A stretch of DNA of 64,000 bases from contig CAWACR010000003.1 of NCBI GenBank assembly GCA_963780675.1, positions 1,078,645 to 1,142,644 of the forward strand, given 5' to 3'. Positions within the stretch are counted from its first letter, which is position 1; each line of letters begins with the position of its first letter. Made by a program: the position numbers and the translations under genes. The notes below the pieces were generated by a model. It had not been told where the DNA came from and did no database searches. It worked only from the letters and a program-made list of their open reading frames with translations. Origin of the DNA: an uncultured Actinomycetota bacterium (lineage in GTDB: Bacteria; Actinomycetota; Actinomycetes; Actinomycetales; JAHECE01). Positions 47,715 through 56,111 of this stretch are shown here, in pieces.

Positions 47715-48146
47715 ATGGACGAACACGAAACGGCGACGGTCTCTGCCCTGCGACTGCGGCTCGGGGTGTCTCTCGTTGTCTTGTGGTGGCTTCCGTTCTG
47801 GGCGCTCTCGCCATACATCGCGGATTCGATGAGCTCATTGAGCAACCCTCCCTCGGTCGCGGCCGTGACAACCGCGATCGTCATCGCACAGACGATCATC
47901 GGCATCATTGGGTTCCTTATTGCCGGCGCTCAGGTCAAGCAAATAGTCAAAGGCGCCCCCAAGAAGCAGGCCCTCGGCAGCATCTTATACATTCTGCTTC
48001 ATGGCAAAGTTCGAGATAACCCGGCAGCCGGAGCAGATTCTCGCCAACTAATGGCATCTCGGGACCCCGAAACGACGAACCCGGTCACGATGGCTGATTT
48101 CGGTGCGCCTGAAGCCGAATCAACAGGTCCGTTGACTATGTCATGA
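47715..48146 (+). CDS. Hypothetical two-TM membrane protein (lower GC)
   Basis: RLRLGVSLVVLWWLPFW and AIVIAQTIIGIIGFLIAG hydrophobic segments; AT-richer codons. Confidence 0.65.
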   Translation: MDEHETATVSALRLRLGVSLVVLWWLPFWALSPYIADSMSSLSNPPSVAAVTTAIVIAQTIIGIIGFLIAGAQVKQIVKGAPKKQALGSILYILLHGKVRDNPAAGADSRQLMASRDPETTNPVTMADFGAPEAESTGPLTMS

Positions 48147-48284
48147 CGGCGTGACGCCCACGACGACAAAGCCTTCACCCGTCGGGTCCACACCAACATC
48201 GGCGCACGAGCGGCACGGGCTGCACCCGTCCGAAGATGATGGTGACCACGCGGGCCTGTGAGCCGACGCGCGCCTTGGGTGAGG

Positions 48285-48372
48285 TCAAGCCGCGGGGGTG
48301 AGGGTGACCTGGTAGCAGAGGGCTTCGAGTTCGCAGACGTGGTGGCGGGCGCGGCGGTTGTGGTTGACGCTC
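48285..48372 (-). mobile_element. Remnant 3' end of an IS110-family transposase gene
   Basis: VNHNRRARHHVCELEALCYQVTLTPAA-stop resembles the recalled IS110 C-terminus R..HIRQLEALGY.VTL.PAA. Confidence 0.6.
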
Positions 48373-48468
48373 ACCAGCAACGCAGCTTCCACCCGCACGT
48401 CCAACCACGGCGCACCCGACCCGGCAACGGCGGCAGGTGGCACACCCACCACAACATCGTGTCACCGG
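48373..48468 (-). repeat. Diverged copy of the mgtA 5' end (upstream sequence plus about 25 codons)
   Basis: Shares cccgcacgtccaaccacgg and catcgtgtcaccg with 31782-31857; VGVPPAAVAGSGAPWLDVRV versus VGPPAVRVPVPGVPWLDVRV. Confidence 0.75.
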
Positions 48469-48518
48469 CACCCCGGCAGGGGGGTACAAGACCAACCCCC
48501 CGGACTTGTCGGAGCGTT

Positions 48519-49343
48519 TCAGGCTTCCGCCACCGGGACTCGCTCGTTGGTGGTGATAGGTGGCTCAGCGGGGCCGGCAGCGGCTGCCTCGCGGGCGAGG
48601 AAGTTGCCGAGCTCCATGATCGTGGACATCAACGGGGCGGGGAACACGACGGTGGTGTTCTTGTCCACGCCAATCTCGACCAGGCTCTGCAGATTGCGCA
48701 GCTGCAGTGCCAGGGGGTGGGCCATCATGATGTCCGAGGCGTCTCCGAGCGCGGCCGCGGCGTGGGCCTCCCCCTCGGCGTTGATGATCTTCGCCCGCTT
48801 CTCCCGCTCGGCCTCGGCCTGGCGGGCCATCGCCCGCTTCATGGTCTCGGGCAACTGGATGTCCTTCAACTCCACCAGGGTCACCTCCACACCCCACTCC
48901 AGGGTCGTGACGTCGAGGATCTGACGGATGTCCAAGTTGATCCGGTCGGTCTCGGCCAGGGTCTCGTCCAACGTGTGCTGACCGACCACCTTCCGCAACG
49001 TGGTCTGCGCGATCTGGTTGATCGCCGCCTTGACGTTCTCGATAGCGACCACCGACTTCACGGCATCAATCACACGGAAGTAGGCCACGGCGGAGATGTC
49101 GACGCTGACGTTGTCCCGGGTGATGATCCCCTGGGACTGGATCGGCATCGTGACCACGCGCAGCGACACCCTGTGGAGCACGTCGATCAGCGGGATGATG
49201 ATCCGCAACCCCGGTTGGCGGACACCCCGCAGCCGGCCGAGCCGGAAGAGCACACCCCTCTCGTACTGCTTCACCACCTTCAACGACAACCCGAGCAGCA
49301 CCAGCAGGAGGACGACGACGACGAAGACAGCCAGACCGTTCAT
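48519..49343 (-). CDS. SPFH/band-7 (stomatin/slipin) protein
   Basis: QYERGVLFRLGR, ITRDNVSV, QTTLR, MARQAEAEREKRAK and ALQLR motifs; AAAGGAG RBS. Confidence 0.93.
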   Translation of the reverse strand: MNGLAVFVVVVLLLVLLGLSLKVVKQYERGVLFRLGRLRGVRQPGLRIIIPLIDVLHRVSLRVVTMPIQSQGIITRDNVSVDISAVAYFRVIDAVKSVVAIENVKAAINQIAQTTLRKVVGQHTLDETLAETDRINLDIRQILDVTTLEWGVEVTLVELKDIQLPETMKRAMARQAEAEREKRAKIINAEGEAHAAAALGDASDIMMAHPLALQLRNLQSLVEIGVDKNTTVVFPAPLMSTIMELGNFLAREAAAAGPAEPPITTNERVPVAEA

Positions 49344-50001
49344 GGGGCACTCCTTTCAGACGTCATCATTCAGATGGCGGGGATGTGGGTTTGACGGGTT
49401 TGCGCTGATCGCCTCGGGTGGGCAGGCAGGACGTCCTCGCGCTCGGTCCGCATCGCTCTCGCCGCCGTGGCGTCGCGGCGCATCTCGAGCCCACACCGGG
49501 GCGTGTGTCACCCCAGCGCCGGCACCGCCAGCGCTCCGCGGCGACACAAGGCCGCTGACCACCCTGACCCCTCACGCTCGGCCCACACTCAGCATGACCC
49601 CACTCCCCCGCTCTCGCACAACGATCCGGGCTCCCTACGTCACCCACGACGCCGGTGACGTTGGCTAACGCGGGGCGATGGGCGTGAGGATGCCAAGCCC
49701 TGCCACGATCGCGACTGAGGCGCCGGGCAAACGCCTACCCGGTGGGAAGGAACGATCAGCTACACCCTCTGCGGTCGGCCTCGACCTTGAAAGGGATGTC
49801 CGTGCAGACGAGTGCGAATCACCGGTCGATCTCCCGGAGACCGAACCCCGACCAGCGGCAGCGCCCGACCGACTCGTTGTCGGGGGCACAGGTTCCACTC
49901 AGGGGAGTCCCAGTGCGCTGGCAGGTGGGCGCCCGAGCGTGATCCTCGAACCCGGCCGGACAGTCCCTCCTCCCGGGCACCACACCACCGAGGAGCTGCA
50001 C

Positions 50002-50352
50002 ATGGGAACCGCGCCCACTCTCACCCGCGACGATCCGACGACGCCTGCTCCCCTCGACCCCGACCACCCGGTCTGGCTCACCGCCACCGTGCGGCCCGCC
50101 GGCCTCCTCGACCGCCGCGACAGCGGACGCCTGCGCGCACTACTCGACGCCCTCTCAGCCTGCGCCTCGGTCGTCGTCCTCGACCTCGAGGCCGCGCACC
50201 TTCGCGGTCGGACCACCGCCGGCGTGATCGACGACGCCGCGAGCGTCCTGGAGTCACGCGGCGGGTGCCTGGTGTGCATCCACGCCGACCAGGACGATCG
50301 CCGCTGCCTGACCGCCGCCGGCAACCACGCGGTCTTCGTCGACACCGCCTGA
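50002..50352 (+). CDS. Small STAS-like hypothetical protein
   Basis: GAGGAG RBS; VRPAGLLD...RLRALLDAL...VVVLDL resembles a degenerate STAS fold. Confidence 0.55.
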   Translation: MGTAPTLTRDDPTTPAPLDPDHPVWLTATVRPAGLLDRRDSGRLRALLDALSACASVVVLDLEAAHLRGRTTAGVIDDAASVLESRGGCLVCIHADQDDRRCLTAAGNHAVFVDTA

Positions 50353-50631
50353 CCCGGCCTGCGTCAGCAGCACGACCCTGACCGACCCGAAGGTCAGGCG
50401 CCGGATGGACCACACGGGTGCTGAGTGCGCGTCGCATATACCTCGACGAGGGCACCACCCTCTGCCGGAGTCCCTCCACACCAAGGCCAACTCGATCGCC
50501 CCAGCCCGTGCGCAACACGGAAGGCCTGCACCGAACCGGCGCACGCCCGCACCCACTTCGTAGGGCCATCGGCGCAGCGCCGTTGCGCGAGCGCCCGCGC
50601 CGAAGGACCCGCGCCAGGGCTGGTCGCGCCG

Positions 50632-51330
50632 TCAGATGGTGGCCGTGGCCCACCTGGTTCCGGTGTCGGTCACCATCTCCACGCCCACGACCTGGGCGTC
50701 CTGCGGGCGAGTGATCACCCACGTGCCGCCACCAGCGGGGTCGAGCGCCCAGGACCCCGCCGGCCGGCTGGTTCCGTCCGCCAGGACCAGCCGGCACTCG
50801 TAGTACGCCCCGGCCTCGCCGTCGCTCACGCTGACCACGAGCACGGGCTGCCCGTCGTGCCGGCTCTCCTGCACCGCGCCCACGGACGTGCCGTCGCCCG
50901 TCAGGAGGGGGGAGCCCGCCGCGAGCACCTCCTGCGCGCTCTCGGTCCGGGCCCCAAGGACGACGACGGCGCCCCCCGCACCGACCACGAGCCCGACGGC
51001 TGCCGCCGCGGCCACCACCATCGCGACGCGGTGCCGCCGCCCCCGGGCCCACCACCGCGGCGGCGACGTGACGGCGCCAGAGCTGTCGTCAGAGCCGGCG
51101 CCGGGCCCGAGGCCCATCGCGGCCACGACCGAGCGGGAGAACCCGGCAGGAGGGTCCACCCGCGGTGCGGCGAGCAGGACGTAGTCCACGGCGTCGACGA
51201 CCGCGGCGTACTGCACCCGGCACGACTCGCACCCGCTCAGGTGCACCGTGAGGTCGTCGCGGCGGTGGTCGTCCAGATCGGACAGCGCGAAGTCGAGCAG
51301 GATCTCCTCGCCCGGGTGCCGGTCAGTCAC
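50632..51330 (-). CDS. Zinc-finger (ZAS) anti-sigma factor
   Basis: HLSGCESC (HxxxCxxC), TM helix and extracytoplasmic domain; overlaps the end of the sigma gene. Confidence 0.88.
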   Translation of the reverse strand: MTDRHPGEEILLDFALSDLDDHRRDDLTVHLSGCESCRVQYAAVVDAVDYVLLAAPRVDPPAGFSRSVVAAMGLGPGAGSDDSSGAVTSPPRWWARGRRHRVAMVVAAAAAVGLVVGAGGAVVVLGARTESAQEVLAAGSPLLTGDGTSVGAVQESRHDGQPVLVVSVSDGEAGAYYECRLVLADGTSRPAGSWALDPAGGGTWVITRPQDAQVVGVEMVTDTGTRWATATI

Positions 51331-51898
51331 GGTCCGCCTCCATCGCCTCGCGCACCCGGCGTAACCCCGTCCTGATCCGCGTCTTCGCGGTCCCCAGCGG
51401 GATGCCCTCCACGACGCTCACCTCCGCCGCTGTCCTCCCCCCGATCACGGCCAGCACGACCGCCCGCGCCTGCTCCGGTGGCAACGTCCGCAGCCGGGCG
51501 ACGGCGGCGTCCCGCTCGTCGTGGCGCACCACCTCATCCTCCGGGCCGGGCACCTGCAGGGTCGCGGTGATCATCTCCTCCAGAACCGCGGAGTCCGTCG
51601 GCACCGCCCGCCGGGCCCGCACGCAGTCGATGGCCGCGTTGCGCGTGATCGTCAACAACCACGTCAGCACCGAGGCGCGCCGCACGTCATACGTGCCCGC
51701 GGCCCGCCACGCCCGCACGAACACCTCCTGGCTGACATCCTGGGCCAAGCCCACGTCGTGCGTGATCGAGACCGCCAAGCCGAACACCGGCCCCTGGAAG
51801 CGGCGCACGAACGCCACCGCCGCCGCCTCGTCATCGACCGCCAGACCCGCGACCAGCGCCGCGTCGCCCACGCGGTCTGCGCCCGAGAAGAGGCTCAC
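51323..51898 (-). CDS. ECF RNA polymerase sigma factor
   Basis: AQDVSQEVFVRAWR, WLLTITRNAAID and GIPLGTAKTRIR motifs. Start uncertain. Confidence 0.92.
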   Translation of the reverse strand: MSLFSGADRVGDAALVAGLAVDDEAAAVAFVRRFQGPVFGLAVSITHDVGLAQDVSQEVFVRAWRAAGTYDVRRASVLTWLLTITRNAAIDCVRARRAVPTDSAVLEEMITATLQVPGPEDEVVRHDERDAAVARLRTLPPEQARAVVLAVIGGRTAAEVSVVEGIPLGTAKTRIRTGLRRVREAMEADRD

Positions 51899-51967
51899 AT
51901 CTTGTTCTACGCCCACCGGCCCGCCAGGGATTGCGGACCCACGATCGGAACTCGCACCCTCGGGCGG

Positions 51968-51993
51968 CAATCCCTGCGCGGGGCTTCGCCGTA
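51968..51993 (+). promoter_or_regulatory. Putative ECF (SigK-like) promoter of the cupredoxin operon
   Basis: CAATCC-N16-CGTA, divergent from the sigma gene; resembles recalled SigK-type ATCC...CG(A/T)A promoters. Confidence 0.5.
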
Positions 51994-52136
51994 TCACCCA
52001 TAAGGGTCGCCCCGCCCGGGCCGGCCGACCGGCACCAGGTCCTGGAGGAACCATGACGGCACCATCTCGCGTCCGGGCGCTGACGGCCAGCCCGCGAGCC
52101 CATGCCTTCAGCCCAGCGACACGAAGGAATACGACG

Positions 52137-52565
52137 ATGCAGATGCAGATGCCGATGACGGGATCAGCAACGGGCGCCCGGCGGGCCGGCAGAGGGCACC
52201 GTGTGCCGGGGGTGGCATTCCTCACCCTGCTCCTGGGGGTCCTGCTCGCCGCGTGCGGCGGCGGGAGCACGCCGTCCTCGTCGGACGGCGGCTCGAGCGG
52301 GGGCGCCGGCACGACCTCGGGCACCGAGGTCACGATCAAGGACTTCGCTTTCAGCCCGGCGACGCTGACCGTCGCAGTCGGGGACACCGTCACCTGGACC
52401 AACGAGGACTCCGCGACCCACACGGTGACGGCCGACGACGGCTCGTTCGACAGCGGCGACCTCGCCCAGGGCGACACCTTCACCCAGACCTTCGACACCG
52501 CGGGCACCTACGCCTACCACTGCGCGATGCACCCCAGCATGGTCGCTGAGATCGTCGTCCAGTAG
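52137..52565 (+). CDS. Cupredoxin (plastocyanin/amicyanin-like) lipoprotein
   Basis: Lipobox LAAC; FAFSP, GDTVTWTN, HTVT and YHCAMHPSM type-1 Cu ligands. Confidence 0.92.
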   Translation: MQMQMPMTGSATGARRAGRGHRVPGVAFLTLLLGVLLAACGGGSTPSSSDGGSSGGAGTTSGTEVTIKDFAFSPATLTVAVGDTVTWTNEDSATHTVTADDGSFDSGDLAQGDTFTQTFDTAGTYAYHCAMHPSMVAEIVVQ

Positions 52566-52651
52566 CCCCCCGAATCAGCAGGCCCCGCGCCCGGGCCGCG
52601 GAAGCGGTCCGGGCCGGAGACCCCCACACCGAAGGAGCATGAACAGGAGCG

Positions 52652-53876
52652 ATGACGACATCGAACATCGTGATCGTGGGGGCAAGCCTGGCCGGCGCGA
52701 AAGCCGCCGAGACGCTGCGAGAGCAGGGGTACGACGGGCGGGTCACGCTCCTCGGCGACGAGCCCTACCGCCCGTACGAGCGGCCGCCCCTGTCGAAGAG
52801 CTACCTCCAGGGCACGGCCGCGCGGGACGCCGTGTTCGTGCACACCGCCCCTTGGTACGCCGAGCACGACGTCGACCTGCGGCTGGGAACCCGGGCGACG
52901 GCAGTGGACGCCACCACGCACGAGGTGCTCCTGGCCGATGGCGAGCGGATCGGCTACGACGCGTTGTTGCTGGCGACCGGTTCGGCGCCGCGGCGCCTGG
53001 ACGTCCCGGGCGCCGACCTGGCCGGCGTGCACTACCTGCGCCGCCTCGACGACGCCGACGCCCTGCGGGCGGCGTTCGCCCGGGCGGGGCGCGTCGCGGT
53101 CATCGGCGCGAGGGTGGATCGGTCTCGAGGTCGCCGCCGCGGCCCGGGCGGCGGGTCTTCAGGTCACGATCCTCGAACGGGAGCGCCTGCCGCTGTTGCC
53201 GGTCCTGGGGCCGGAGGTGGCCCAGGTGTTCGCCGACCTTCATCGCGACCACGGCGTGGACCTGCGGTGTGAGGTCCGGGTGGAGGCCATCGTCGGCGAG
53301 GCTGAGACCGTGCGGGGGGTCGAGCTCGGCTCCGGCGAGGTCGTGGAGGCCGACCTGGTGGTCGTCGGCATCGGCATCACGCCCAACACGGCCCTGGCGC
53401 AGGGCGCCGGTCTCGACGTCGACAACGGCATCCGCGTCGACGAGCACCTGCGCACGTCGGACCCTGACGTCTACGCCGCGGGCGACGTCGCCAACGCCTA
53501 CCACCCTCTCCTGGGCCGGCACGTCCGGGTGGAGCACTGGGCCAACGCCCTGCGCCAGGGCCCGGTCGCGGCCCGGGCGATGCTCGGCCAGGACGTGACC
53601 TACGCGCGGCTGCCGTACTTCTACACCGACCAGTACGACCTCGGGATGGAGTACACCGGCCACGCCGACCCCGGCGCCTACGACCGAGTCGTGCTGCGCG
53701 GGGACGTCGCAGCCCGGGAGTTCCTCGCGTTCTGGCTCACCGGGGGCCGTGTGCTCGCCGGGATGAGCGTCAACATCTGGGACGTCACCGCCGACATCGC
53801 CCGACTCATCCGCTCCCGCCGCCAGGTCGACGTCGACGCCTTGGCCGACCCCGACGTGCCCCTTCCCGACCTCTGA
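52652..53876 (+). pseudogene. NAD(P)H-ferredoxin reductase family protein with a +1 frameshift at about 53111; may be a sequencing error
   Basis: IVGASLAG, YERPPLSK and ATGS; atc ggc gcg A ggg tgg atc breaks IGAGWIGLE; then YAAGD, RVEHW and PYFYTDQY. Confidence 0.88.
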
Positions 53877-53902
53877 GCCGACCACGGACAGGACGCACCT
53901 TC

Positions 53903-54485
53903 ATGACCAGCGGGAGTGACATCACGGGAGGGGCGCCGCCGCGACGGACCGACGCCGGCACCCGCACGCTCGTCGCCTTCATCCTCATCGGCGGCGCCGT
54001 CTCGCTCAGCCTCGGCGTCTACGCCAAGGTGCACACCCCCACCGGGCGAACCCTGACCACCCTCGGATTCCCCGACCTGATCCACATGAAGGCCTGGCTG
54101 GCCACCGCCGCCCTGGCCCTGGCCGTCGTGCAGGTGCTCACCGCGCTGCGGATGTACGGGCGCCTCGGCCACGGCCCCAGCCCCCGTTGGGTCAGCCTCA
54201 CCCACCGTGCCTCCGGTGTGACCGCCGTCGTCCTCACCCTCCCTGTTGCGTTCCACTGCGCCTGGTCCCTCGGCTTCGCGACCTACAGCCCCCCGCGTGC
54301 TCGCCCACTCCCTCCTCGGGTGCGTCTTCTACGGCGTCTTCGTCACCAAGATGCTCACCCTGCGCAGCCGCCACGTCCCCTCCTGGGCGCTCCCCTGGCT
54401 CGGCGGCACCCTCGCCACGATCCTCCTGGCCCTCTGGCTCACGTCCTCGCTGTGGTTCTTCACCCACACCACAACCGGCTACTGA
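53903..54485 (+). pseudogene. DUF6529-family membrane protein with a +1 frameshift in a C-run at about 54290
   Basis: LGVYAKVH, MKAWLAT, HRASG and PVAFHC, then shifted RVLAHSLLGCVFYGVFVTKM ... WLTSSLWFF. Confidence 0.8.
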
Positions 54486-54599
54486 GACCCCGCACCTCCC
54501 GTCGCACCGTCACCACCCGCACGACTGACCGGAGCCCAAGCCGTCCACGTCCCCGCCCGTCAGGGGAACCGCCGCCCCGTGCCTCAGCTCGGGCGGTAG

Positions 54600-54653
54600 T
54601 CAGGTGATGCCGGCGTAGGTGACGCCGGTGAGGTCGGCGATGTCCCTCCTCCA
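54600..54653 (-). pseudogene. Short C-terminal remnant resembling FMN-binding glutamate-synthase-related proteins
   Basis: WRRDIADLTGVTYAGIT-stop; similarity from recall only. Confidence 0.35.
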
Positions 54654-54674
54654 GCGCGTCGGTCACACCGAGGC

Positions 54675-55292
54675 TCAGCCCGCGGCGACGGGCTGGGCGC
54701 GCAGGTAGCGCGCAGCGAGGCGCAGCCAGACGGGCCAGGCGAGCCAGGCCACGGCGCCGGGCACTCCGCCGGCGACCAGTAGCACGCGACGGCCGCGCGA
54801 TCCACGCGGCAGGAGCGCGCCGATCGCGGCGACCGCACCTCCGGCGAGCGCGCCGACGCCGATCCCGCGTGCGAGGTCGCCCGCCGTGCGCCCAGTCGGC
54901 TGCGAGCGCAGGTGGCCGCTCACGGCGAGCAGCCACGCCGACTGCACGGTGATCGCCGCGATGGAGAGCGCCGACGACGGCGCGAACGGCAGCACGCGCG
55001 CTACCAGGAGCGCACTCGAGGCGGAGCCGACGGCGCAGGAGGCCAGTGTGACGGGCGCGAGCACTTGCCGGATCGGACCGGGCGGGAGTTCCGCCGACAC
55101 CTCGGCGACCACGGGGAAGAGCAGCGCGTTGTGGACCACGCCGAGCATGTCGTTGGTGGTGCCGAACAGATACGGACCGCCCCTCGGGACCTCGATCACA
55201 TACATCAATCCGAGCGTCGCTGCCGCCGCAGCGTCCACGGCAACCCCGACATCGGCGGCTGTCGCGACGAGATCACGTCGCACGGAGCCCAC
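54675..55292 (-). CDS. Hypothetical multi-pass membrane protein
   Basis: Five to six hydrophobic segments; EVPRGGPYLFGTTND motif; GAGGGGG RBS. Confidence 0.7.
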   Translation of the reverse strand: MGSVRRDLVATAADVGVAVDAAAAATLGLMYVIEVPRGGPYLFGTTNDMLGVVHNALLFPVVAEVSAELPPGPIRQVLAPVTLASCAVGSASSALLVARVLPFAPSSALSIAAITVQSAWLLAVSGHLRSQPTGRTAGDLARGIGVGALAGGAVAAIGALLPRGSRGRRVLLVAGGVPGAVAWLAWPVWLRLAARYLRAQPVAAG

Positions 55293-55734
55293 CCCCCCTC
55301 GGCGTAACTTCCCTCATGGTTGTCCGTCGATCATCCCCTCGGTGATAGCGCCCGGCAAGACTTCCTCAGGCGCGACGGGAGAGGGCTCGTGGGCGCGCGA
55401 GACGCGGGCGGCTCGGACAACGACCGTCCGCAAAGGGTGCTCGGTCCTGACCGACAGCGCGGTGCCGGCCTGCTGGCGTGCGGGGAGCATGACCTGTTCC
55501 TCCCCAAGTCTCTCGTGGCGGAGGACGGTACGGCCGATTCCCGACGGCACCCTGGTCTGGCGCCCGGGTCAGGGCAACGCCAGAACGACGACGGGCAAGC
55601 GGACCGCGCACAACATCCTCGCCATTGTCCACCGGCGGCAGACAGGTGAGAGGCCTGCGGCCTGGAGCGAGAGGGCTACGACGGCGAAGCCGCCCCGAGC
55701 GGCGAGGCGGGCGCGCATCAGCAGGACGAGCGCG

Positions 55735-55890
55735 GTGGCCGCCGCCTGCGCCTCGCAGGATGTCGACCGGATCCGCACGATCAGCCGATGGTTCCCACGC
55801 ACCGAAGCTGCTCCGTTGAGCCTTCTTGCGGGCGTCCTTGACTATGCCACGGTCAAGGTGCCCTCGCAGTTCGCGCCGCGGCCCCACTCG
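55735..55890 (-). pseudogene. N-terminal remnant of a DUF2252-family protein
   Basis: KDARKKAQRSSFGAWEPSADRADPVDIL /shift/ EAQAA matches the recalled GK.ARK..PRS....W.P..DR.DPV..LE.QA pattern, then similarity stops. Confidence 0.55.
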
Positions 55891-55947
55891 GGCTTGGTCG
55901 GTCGTCTCGTGCGCGGCTTCCCTGCGCGGCGGACGACCGTTCTCCGC

Positions 55948-56064
55948 TCAGTACGGCGTCGGGACGTACCGGAGCGGGCGGTGCGGCTCCACGTAGTCGC
56001 CGACCTCCTGGCGCTCGGGCAGGGTGACGTCCCGCTCGGGCAAGGCCTCGTTCTCGTCCCTCAT
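55948..56064 (-). CDS. Possible 38-aa small protein
   Basis: GAAGGA RBS, then MRDENEALPERDVTLPERQEVGDYVEPHRPLRYVPTPY-stop, directly after the P-type ATPase. Confidence 0.3.
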   Translation of the reverse strand: MRDENEALPERDVTLPERQEVGDYVEPHRPLRYVPTPY

Positions 56065-56111
56065 CGCCCGCTGGTCCTTCTTCTTCCTGCCCGTGGCTTC
56101 CGCCTCCCGGC

